A DNA stretch of 54,986 nucleotides from a virus (Duplodnaviria > Caudoviricetes), in the IMG/VR virus record IMGVR_UViG_3300044795_000115, positions 1 through 54,986 of that record; one strand, 5' to 3'. Positions 18,602 to 27,500 of the stretch are shown one piece after another; position 1 is the first letter of the stretch, and every line of letters starts with the position of its first letter. Position numbers and translations under genes: made by a program. Under the pieces are notes generated by a model. It did not search any database. It had not been told where the DNA came from and saw only the letters and a list, made by a program, of their open reading frames with translations.

Positions 18602-19408
18602 ATGGAACCGATTGCTCAAGCTTTAGGCTCGGTGTTTCAGCCGGTGGGCAGTGCCTTAGGCACCATTGGCCGCGATATTGGCGGCTTCTTTGGCGCCGGT
18701 GGTGCTCAGCCCTTACAGTCGGCTGCACAGCCGCTTAGCGGTTTTGAGAACTTGATGAAGGTGGTTAGCCGCATCATGGGAGCGGCCGGCGTGGCTAGCA
18801 ACATCATTCAGGGTATACGCAATTACAACTTGCAGTCGTCGGCCATCAACCAGGCCAACCAACTGGCAGCGCTTGCCAATAACCCAACCGCTCTCGCCGC
18901 CAGGATCCGCGCGCTGCAGCAGCCGTTAAGTACTGGCTTGGTTCAAGACGTCACCAATCAAGTGCAAGGCCAGTTGGCGGAACGTGGTTTGGCGCTTTCG
19001 CCTTCCATCATGAGTTCGGTGCTGGGGCAGACGCTTGCACCATATCAATTCGACGAGCAGCGGTTGGCGATGCAGGCGGCGTTTGATCCGTACAACCTGG
19101 CGTCAAATGCCTTGCGAACTGCAGGCAGCCTCTCGCCCGGGATGACTAACACTGCCCCCTTCTGGTCGCAGTGGGCACCTCAGCGAACTGCCGGCACTCC
19201 TGGGCAGAACTTTCCATCGCAGCCGACAGACATTAATACTCCTCCTTTGCTTCCGACTGGGGTTACGCCAGGAACATACACCTATCCACCCGGGGTGAAT
19301 GTTTCCGGTTACTCGCCTTACATACCGGCGCAAAACCCGGATTACAGTGTTGGCCAAATGCCTGATATTTTCAGCTCCTATCAGCCAACCATGCCAGGAG
19401 GAGGTTAG
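18602..19408 (+). CDS. Putative ejection protein
   Basis: G/A/Q-rich, LAERGL motif, synteny. Confidence 0.7.
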   Translation: MEPIAQALGSVFQPVGSALGTIGRDIGGFFGAGGAQPLQSAAQPLSGFENLMKVVSRIMGAAGVASNIIQGIRNYNLQSSAINQANQLAALANNPTALAARIRALQQPLSTGLVQDVTNQVQGQLAERGLALSPSIMSSVLGQTLAPYQFDEQRLAMQAAFDPYNLASNALRTAGSLSPGMTNTAPFWSQWAPQRTAGTPGQNFPSQPTDINTPPLLPTGVTPGTYTYPPGVNVSGYSPYIPAQNPDYSVGQMPDIFSSYQPTMPGGG

Positions 19409-19410
19409 TA

Positions 19411-20610
19411 ATGGGCTTCTGGAACGTACTTGGAGGCATCGGCCAGGAGGCCGGAAACGTCGGCCAGGGGCAGCAGCTCGCCATCGAGCGTGCCCGCCAG
19501 CGGCAGCAGGATCTCGAGACCTCTATGCGCAACGCGCTTGAGAACCGGCGCCTGCAGATGGAGATGCAGTACTACCCGCAGGAAATCGAGGAACGACAGC
19601 AGGAAATGAACTTGCGGCAGCAGGAGTTTCAGAATCGGTTGAAGCAACAAGGATTGATCCAGCCTGTTGGTGGCTTAGTTCGATCAGGAGGAAAGACCTG
19701 GCAGGGCTACTACAATCCGGCAACTGGGAAAATAACCTATGAGCCTGCCGGGATTCAGGAGGACAGCCCTGCCGAACAGAAGGTCGCCGATGACATGGAA
19801 ATCTTACGAAAGCATGGGCAGCCTTGGGACGGTAAGAGTGCCCTCACTCCGATTCAGGAACAGATTCTCGAAATGGCCGGAACCCATTTCCCGGCTGCCA
19901 AGGGCACCGACTTGCAGAAGTTCGAAGACCAGAAGGCCATGCTCAAGCTGACTCCACCACCCAAGGGCTTCAAATCATGGGACGAGCCTGGAGCCCAAGC
20001 AATATTGAACCAAAGGGCGCTGGAAAATGTGAACCGTACAGAGGCCGCCCGGGCTGGTATTTACTTCAGTCGTCCCCGAGCTGCCGGTGCCGGCGGCCCG
20101 GATACGAGTGGCTTAACCACGGCAGAGATGCGCGAGTACAAGGTCGCCATCGCTCCTATAGAGAGGCAAATCAACATTGCTGACGCCAGTAAAAAGATGG
20201 CCGATGCTCGAGCCTGGGCTGCCGGAACCAACCCCAATGTTGATCCGACTCAGGTGGCTGTGATAGTGGGTGCCGCCCAAGCCGAGTCTGCGCGCCAGCA
20301 GGCCACAATCGATGGATTACTCGGGCAGGAAGGGAAGATTCTCGAACAGATTAAGGGGCGCCGGCAACTGAAAGTTCCGGGTCCGACCAAGCCGCCAGTT
20401 CCGGTAGGAGCGGCAATTCGAGGGGACATCCCGCAAGACACGACGCAGTCCAACTATGGTGCCACTATTGACAAGGAAATAACGAGCAGGACACAGCAGC
20501 CTCCCCCTACCGGTGGCGTTAATGTGCTTGCTCCCGACGGCAAGACCATCTACACCTTCCCCACGATGGAAGCGGCGAACGCTTATATGCAGGCAGCGGG
20601 AATGAAGTAA
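19411..20610 (+). CDS. Putative ejection protein
   Basis: MGFWNVLGGIGQ followed by coiled coil; GGAGGAGG SD. Confidence 0.7.
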   Translation: MGFWNVLGGIGQEAGNVGQGQQLAIERARQRQQDLETSMRNALENRRLQMEMQYYPQEIEERQQEMNLRQQEFQNRLKQQGLIQPVGGLVRSGGKTWQGYYNPATGKITYEPAGIQEDSPAEQKVADDMEILRKHGQPWDGKSALTPIQEQILEMAGTHFPAAKGTDLQKFEDQKAMLKLTPPPKGFKSWDEPGAQAILNQRALENVNRTEAARAGIYFSRPRAAGAGGPDTSGLTTAEMREYKVAIAPIERQINIADASKKMADARAWAAGTNPNVDPTQVAVIVGAAQAESARQQATIDGLLGQEGKILEQIKGRRQLKVPGPTKPPVPVGAAIRGDIPQDTTQSNYGATIDKEITSRTQQPPPTGGVNVLAPDGKTIYTFPTMEAANAYMQAAGMK

Positions 20611-23600
20611 TGCCGAACGGCGCACAAACCGATCAGGACGCTCTGGCTGCGCAGTTTGGCGGGACGCGCTCCACTGCTGCTCCTCCTGCTGCTCCTCCTG
20701 GAACGGATCCCCATGCCATGGCCCGCCAGTATGGAGCAACCATAACGCCAGCCGGCGAAGCTCTCGCTGATCAAGGTGCGCTACCGCAGATCGAGCAAAC
20801 GCTCAAGAGCGTAGTCAAGTTCCCCTTCGAGGCAGCCAAGTCGCTTGTCAGCGCTGAGCCGGAGACCCCAGAGGAAGCTGGCGTCATGATTCCCGGTATG
20901 GGCGAGCTGGGCAGACACATCGCCCTGACGGCCAAACGTTACATCCTTGATCCTTCCGAGCGGGAGTTCGAACTGGCTCGAGCCGAGAAGCCAAAGCCCA
21001 CTGACGTCTGGTGGGAGAATGCCGAAGAACGCCGGCACATGCATGAAATCGCGGCCATGGTACCCGTGGTTGGCCCCATGGCGGGTGCCGTGGTCTCCCG
21101 TGCCTTGGCTGGGGATTTCTCTGGGGCAATGGGGCAGCTAGGCACCTTGGTAGCTACTGGTGCGATTACAGACATGGCTGCAGGGCCGATCATGCGCAGG
21201 CTGCAGCGTCTTGAGGGGCTCAGAACGCAAAGGGAAGCTCCGCCGGCATATGAGCCTCCAGCCCCGCCCAACCCATCGCCAGAAGCCCGTGCCCGCGATG
21301 CGCGTGTCGATCTCGAGCATTCCCATCTTGTTATCCGGCGCCTCGACGTCGAAAACAAGATTGGTCAGATTGATGCGCTGATGAACAGTCCGCGCTGGGC
21401 CGGGCGCAGTGCCAGGACTCAGGCTGGTGTCCTCAATCGGCTCGCGGAACTACAAGAGCAGCAAGCCGACCTGACTCGCAACTTGGATGAATTGACCGGA
21501 GCCATGCATACCAGCGCCTTTGGCTTGGACATGGCCTACAAAGCTGCCCAGCGTTTCTATGAACTCGACATTGCTCCCAGGCTCACAGCGGCCAAGGCTT
21601 CGTTCCCTACCGCCTTAGCTGAACTCCAGCATGCCATCATGCCGCGCAAAGGCGCCGCCATTGAGACCTTGGACAGCGTCATGAAGCTCTTGGGCGAACG
21701 GGAGAAGCAGGCGGCCACTCGCAAGTTGACTGTAGGCGTGATCCTGCGCAAGAGTCGCGATCTCTTTAAGTCCATGTCGCGCACCACCCAAACCGACTTC
21801 GTCGATCGCATGAAGCTAGGCCGACCGCAGGCAAAACCGTACCTCCAGGAACTGGCCGACTTTATGCGTCGGGTTGATGACGCCAAGGGAACGATGGCGC
21901 GGGGAAGCACCTACAGGGAACTGGCAGAAGCCCAAGTCGCCGTCATGGACGAGAGCGCGCAAAGGGCTTGGGCGAAGCTGTCAGAGACTGATAAGGTGCA
22001 GTTCCTCAAGCGCATTGGAACCTTCAAGGCTTCCCCCGAGCTGCTTGAGCCGGGACCACTAAAGGATCTTGTCGAGCGCATCCTGGCGTACAAGCAGGAT
22101 CACTATCAGGTTATCTGGAAAGTTAAGCCGCCGAGCGATGCGGAGATGGAGGCAGCCGAGGAGACCGGGGTCGAACCCACACCGCGCGAATTGCGCACTG
22201 GTGCCGTGGTTGGTCGTCGGCCACTGCGTGGCCCGAGAGGCTATCGCTACCGTTCGACCTTGGACACGATGTCAGAAGGCATTACGCGCGGCGGTGTGCC
22301 TCTCAGTTTCAACCCGATTGAGATGTTCGAACTGGCCCAGGCCATGCGCTGGCGCGAGATTACCGCGCTCCGCATGTGGAAAGAAGCCAAGGATCTAGGC
22401 GCCAGGGTCTTCGTTCGCCGCGGGCAGCAGGCGCCTGAGGGCTTTGCCAGGTTGGATGATTCCATGGCTCAGGTTCGCCACCTTATCGTGACCGATAAAG
22501 GACCGCGCGAGGTCGGCGGCGAATGGTACATGCGCGAAGACTATGCCAGGATGCTCAACAACTATCTGTCAACTGACATGATTAAGCGGCTCGCTCTGGG
22601 CCGCGGATTGATGTGGGCAAAGAACAATTTAACAGTTTGGCGCTTGGCGGTTCCATTTTTCCATGCGGTTACGGAAACCTTTCAGGCGGCGGTCACCGAA
22701 GCTGGCTTGGCGAAGGAGCAAATCTGGAACACAGGTATCAGGAACAGCGACATCGCATCGATCGGGCGTGGTGCCAAGACCTACATCAAGTCGCCCTTTG
22801 GCGCTATAACTCGCTACCGCGCTGGTACAAGTGCGATCAAGTATCTGGAAGACAAGAACACCTTTCTTAAGACCCTGCGTGGCCAATCTTTCGCCCGTGA
22901 ATTCCCGGAGATCGACGCCATGCTGGATCAGTTCTTCTGGTCGGGAGGAAAGATCGCTCTCCATGAGGACGAAGCACCCAGGGCCATCACCGGCTTCACG
23001 CAGGCACTGGCTGATGGTAACCCGTTTGGAGCGCTTCCGCGGGCGGCCTTTGCGGCAAATGAGTACCTCTTCCGGCCGCTCTTTGAGTATTTCATTCCCC
23101 GGGTCAAGCTGGGCGGGTTTCTGCGGGACTACGCTCAGAGTTTGCGCGACCGCGCCGAAGACCTTGACGCTGGTCGAGTGACGAGAGGGCAGCTTGGTCG
23201 CCGCGACTGGGACATGAATGAAAACCTCATGGGCCAAGTCAACTGGGACAAATTCTTTTGGAACCGTACTCTGAAGACCGCTGCGCAGTTCACATTCCGC
23301 GCCTTGCAGTGGACTTCGGGCTTTGGGCGCTTTGTCAATGACGCTATCCGCGGGCAAGCGCACGAGATGTTGCCCATGGCCGATTGGTTCAACGAGAGGA
23401 TGAACCCAAGTGCGGTGCGGCGAACGCCGGTTTCAGCCAAGATTATTCCTCGCCTTGATCCCAACTTTGCCAGGCTCGTGAGCTACGCCGAGGCCTACGT
23501 GGTGGTTAACGAGCTTCTTGGTCTTATGTTGACAAAGAAACTGACCACAGACTGGCGCGACACGATCTCGATTCGTACCGGGCGGCTTGACAACCAGGGC

Positions 23601-24248
23601 AAACCTGAGCGGGTGATGCTTGGCGGCCTGATCAAAGATGCCTTATCACTGTGGTTTATGGGGCCGTTTGACTACATCAAAAACCGGGAATCCGACCTGC
23701 TTACGGGGGTTGCTGATGTGATCCAGAATCGCGATTGGGCCAACAATCTGGTGCGCAACCCGGATGACAACTACTGGAAGCAGATTGAACAGTCTGCTGG
23801 TCACATCATCGGATTGCCCATGGGAGCTTCCGCATTCCAGAGGGAACGGCAAGCCGGCGCCGGCGTGGAAGCTGAGATCCTGGGAGCCTTGGGATTTACC
23901 CCGGCTCCACGCTTGAATTACACCAAAGCAGAAAACGCCGCTTACGACCTCTACCGTCGCCGGGCACCCTCGAGAACGCCGGAGGAAATCGGGCAGATCC
24001 AGGAATACATGGGTCGCAAAGCCGCCGGCCAACTGTCTGGGCGCGAGGCCGCGCAAGCCGCTAAAGCCGCCAGAAAGCCACTGATTGTCCACTACTTTGA
24101 GCGTGCCGTCCAGGAAGGTGCTACCTACGACGAACTCAAGCACGTTTACGATCAAGCCAGGCCAGAGGAACGTGTGTTGCTGAGAAAGATGATTTATGAC
24201 GCATACAAAAGGGAAGCCAAACGAGGGCGACAGGTGGCAGCACCATGA
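20610..24248 (+). CDS. Large internal virion/ejection protein
   Basis: 1212 aa, helical composition, last gene of the ejection cluster. Confidence 0.7.
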   Translation: MPNGAQTDQDALAAQFGGTRSTAAPPAAPPGTDPHAMARQYGATITPAGEALADQGALPQIEQTLKSVVKFPFEAAKSLVSAEPETPEEAGVMIPGMGELGRHIALTAKRYILDPSEREFELARAEKPKPTDVWWENAEERRHMHEIAAMVPVVGPMAGAVVSRALAGDFSGAMGQLGTLVATGAITDMAAGPIMRRLQRLEGLRTQREAPPAYEPPAPPNPSPEARARDARVDLEHSHLVIRRLDVENKIGQIDALMNSPRWAGRSARTQAGVLNRLAELQEQQADLTRNLDELTGAMHTSAFGLDMAYKAAQRFYELDIAPRLTAAKASFPTALAELQHAIMPRKGAAIETLDSVMKLLGEREKQAATRKLTVGVILRKSRDLFKSMSRTTQTDFVDRMKLGRPQAKPYLQELADFMRRVDDAKGTMARGSTYRELAEAQVAVMDESAQRAWAKLSETDKVQFLKRIGTFKASPELLEPGPLKDLVERILAYKQDHYQVIWKVKPPSDAEMEAAEETGVEPTPRELRTGAVVGRRPLRGPRGYRYRSTLDTMSEGITRGGVPLSFNPIEMFELAQAMRWREITALRMWKEAKDLGARVFVRRGQQAPEGFARLDDSMAQVRHLIVTDKGPREVGGEWYMREDYARMLNNYLSTDMIKRLALGRGLMWAKNNLTVWRLAVPFFHAVTETFQAAVTEAGLAKEQIWNTGIRNSDIASIGRGAKTYIKSPFGAITRYRAGTSAIKYLEDKNTFLKTLRGQSFAREFPEIDAMLDQFFWSGGKIALHEDEAPRAITGFTQALADGNPFGALPRAAFAANEYLFRPLFEYFIPRVKLGGFLRDYAQSLRDRAEDLDAGRVTRGQLGRRDWDMNENLMGQVNWDKFFWNRTLKTAAQFTFRALQWTSGFGRFVNDAIRGQAHEMLPMADWFNERMNPSAVRRTPVSAKIIPRLDPNFARLVSYAEAYVVVNELLGLMLTKKLTTDWRDTISIRTGRLDNQGKPERVMLGGLIKDALSLWFMGPFDYIKNRESDLLTGVADVIQNRDWANNLVRNPDDNYWKQIEQSAGHIIGLPMGASAFQRERQAGAGVEAEILGALGFTPAPRLNYTKAENAAYDLYRRRAPSRTPEEIGQIQEYMGRKAAGQLSGREAAQAAKAARKPLIVHYFERAVQEGATYDELKHVYDQARPEERVLLRKMIYDAYKREAKRGRQVAAP

Positions 24249-24418
24249 GCAAGAAGCGTAGCGCACAATCCGAGAAGATCAGCAAACTGGTTAGGGAGGG
24301 CTACCCACAGCGCCAAGCAGTTGCGATCAGTTACTCAATGAAGAGAGCTGGGAGACTTACACCAAGTGGCGGTTACCGCCGGGTGGGAAGAAAACGCCGG
24401 CGTGGCCGACGGTCGTGA
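24245..24418 (+). CDS. Basic microprotein (57 aa)
   Basis: KISKLVREGYPQRQAVAISYS motif plus RKRRRGRRS tail; ATGA-coupled; not in the ORF track. Confidence 0.8.
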   Translation: MSKKRSAQSEKISKLVREGYPQRQAVAISYSMKRAGRLTPSGGYRRVGRKRRRGRRS

Positions 24419-24419
24419 A

Positions 24420-24435
24420 TGTTCTACATGGAACA
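24420..24435. promoter_or_regulatory. parS-like palindrome
   Basis: TGTTCTACATGGAACA, 14/16 match to TGTTCCACGTGGAACA, intergenic. Confidence 0.45.
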
Positions 24436-24449
24436 ATTTAGGAGGAAAT

Positions 24450-24587
24450 ATGGCTGGAAGACGGGTAGGCAGGAAAATCGAGCGGCTGAAGGCCCGCGGC
24501 TTTGGCGGGCGCCAGGCTTTCGCTAAAGCTATGTCGATGGGCCGCCGCGGCCGGCTGTCGCCTCGCGGACGGTATCGGAGGGCATAG
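24450..24587 (+). CDS. Basic microprotein (45 aa), paralog of 24245-24418
   Basis: AGGAGG SD; KIERLKARGFGGRQAFAKAMSMGRRGRLSPRGRYRR. Confidence 0.8.
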   Translation: MAGRRVGRKIERLKARGFGGRQAFAKAMSMGRRGRLSPRGRYRRA

Positions 24588-24594
24588 ACGAAGC

Positions 24595-27500
24595 ATGCTT
24601 CGTTATCTCATTATCGTAGGGCTGCTGGTGTCGTCTGTCTGGGCTCAATACACCCAAGTCACGGCCAACGTGCATGATGCAAACGGCGTGCAGTACCAAG
24701 CCTGTACCTATAATGTATCGTTCGTCAACCAAAATACGACGCCAGGAGCACCGCCTCCGAACTTGAACGGTTCGACGTTTCAGACGCAGTTTGTTGGGGC
24801 AAAATGCGACGGCAATGGCAATCTCTCTCTCCGCATTGCCGACAACCAGGTAGTGCAGCCGCAGCCTTCCACCTGGAACTGGGCCGTCTGCGACCGAACC
24901 GGGGTCCACTGCTTCCAGGTCCAATGTTCGGCTACCGGGCCCAGCCAGGACATCACCGCTTGTCTGAGCTCAGCCCCACCACCGCTGCTGCCTGGCGGGG
25001 GAGGTGGAGGAGGGGGATCGCCCACGGGCCCAGCATCAGGAGATCTCTCGGGAACCTATCCCAGTCCTACGGTAGTGGGGCTGCTGGGCCGTCCTCTGCC
25101 TACCCTGCAGACAGGAGCCTTAAGCTGGAACGGCAACCAGTGGGTGCTGACGCCTGGTGCTGTGGGTGGCGGGATCCAGACCATCAACGGCAACAACAAC
25201 TCCGCCCAGTTGTTCCTGCAGGGAGCAGGTATCAGCGTTGTCTCGAGCGGCGGCACCACTACCATCAGCAATACCCAACCCTTCTTGGGTGGGATGCCTC
25301 TATCGAGCCTGCAACCCGCTACTGCTCCTAACACCATCCAGAACCTGGCCCAGCAGCAGAACTGGTACTGGATGCTGACTGCGCTTGGAGGAACGGAGAT
25401 AGGCCTGAACATCGGGGAAGCGGCCAACCAGGTCTCGACCAACACCCAGTCGACGATGTTGCAGACCTTCGTGCTGCAGAACTCCACTGCCAACGCCTTC
25501 AAGGCGGTAGCCGACGTCTCCCCAACCAACCCAGGGGGCACTGGCCTCCAAGTCAACAACCTCGGAGACATGCTTGGCCTGAACGGCAGTCATTTTATCG
25601 GCCTATTCAGGGCTAACAACATCACGGGCAGGAACCAATGTGTCCAGGCAGACGCCGCCGGTAACCTCATCGGGACGGGTCAAGTCTGTGGGGCAGGTGG
25701 TGGCGGAGGCGGTTTCACCTCACCCTTCGTAGTGCTGAGTGCCAACGCCGCCCAGAACCTGACCATCAACGTCCCCAACGTCGGCAACCCCTCGTTCACC
25801 ACCTCGACCGGCTACATCTCGATGGGCAGCCTGCTGGTCAACAACCTGTCCGGCCACGGCACCAATTGTTTGCAGGCGGACAACACCGGCCTAGTTACGA
25901 TCACTGGCCTGCCTTGCGGCACGGGCACTGGCGGCGGGGGCATCACCTCAATCAATACCTCGACGGTAGCTGCCCAGACGATCGTGGGAACCAACGGCAC
26001 CACGGTGGCGACCAACGTAGCCACGGGAGCCACCACGATCGACAGCAAAGTGGTCATGGCCACCGACGTCAGCAAGTTCGGGGTCAAGGCCGACGGCGTA
26101 TTAGCAGGCTGCAACACCACCGCCAACTCAACCACCATCTCCTGCTACAGCAATCCGCCAGCCGCGACCGACGTAGGCAAGCTCATCGTCCTCTACGGAG
26201 CCGGAAACAACACCGGACAGGTCACCGGCACTATCAACGTAGGTGCCTGTATCGGTACCTGTACCCCTGGCCCACCGAACACCGACCAGCCGGTAACCTT
26301 CAACGATCCTACCGACGGCTGCTCCATCACCCCGGTAGGTACCAGTACGTTGGCAGCAGCCATAGGTTATGGTGCTGGAACCATAACGTTGACCACTCCC
26401 TTTACCACCCCCATCAAGATTGGGGACATTCTAGTTATCTCCAACGGCACTAATACCGAATATCTAACGATTACCTCCGTTCAGGACCAAACCCACGTCA
26501 CTATCAACTTCAACCAGTACAGTTATCCTTTAGGGACTACAGTCACCGGCTCCATCAGCTACCGCAACATGGTCTACGGATGGATACATCTGGATGCCAA
26601 TGGTGTACCTACCAATGCCGTCTCTGATCCTAATAATTATCCAAATGGTGGTCTAAAGAGTAGCGGCAACTTCATAGGTGAAGGCTGTGTCCACCCTCCC
26701 ACCCAAGGCCAAATCATACCCGTGGGGAGCACCACCAGCATGGGTACCTTCGCCTTCACCGGCGGCACCATGGTAACCGGCGACTGGCCAACCACCTTGG
26801 TCACCGCCACAACCGTAGCCAACACTCCACCGACAACCGTCAGCAGCGGTGGTACTGCCGTCTACGGCACCGACGACGTAGCCGGATGGCAAGCAGCCTG
26901 CGACCAGAACGCTGCCGCTCCCAACTCAATTGGCTCGTTTACCTTCACCGGCACCTCCCTGATCTCCCACGGCATCAACTGCAGCGGAGCCGGTTTCAAG
27001 CTGGAGGGCACCGGCTACGGCAACGTAGGAGCCCCGGGAGCCTCCGTCCTGGTCTACGCAGGTCAGGGAACCCCACCCACCGGGGAGAAGCACGACTGGA
27101 TTCTCCAACTATCTCAGGGCTACGGTGTGGAGCTGAAGCGGTTCGGCATGCGGGGCAACAGCATGGCAAAGCCTTACGCTATCATGCCTTCCTTCGGCAA
27201 CCCAGCAGGCGCAGGCGGCAACCAGATAGCCCAGAACTACCACTACAAAGACCTTTGGATAGGCTGGCAATGGGGTGATAGTCCCATACCAGCTCCACCC
27301 TATAGAGGCTACGAGTTTCAGAGCTGCTTCCTTGCCAACGGCGTCATCGGCAACACCGACTTCGCCTCATTTGAAAACATATATTGTTATGGTGCAGAAG
27401 TCGGCTTCGACTCCGTCAACGATCAAGCCACCGCCTACGTCTTTAACAACATTCAAGTCGATAACAGCAACATCGGCTTTGCCTGCTGGGGAGGTATGCA

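Noticed and set aside
24502-24594. ORF-track N-terminal extension of the 1943-aa protein
   Set aside because: It overlaps the basic microprotein gene; ATG 24595 has an upstream GGAGG and gives a clean signal peptide
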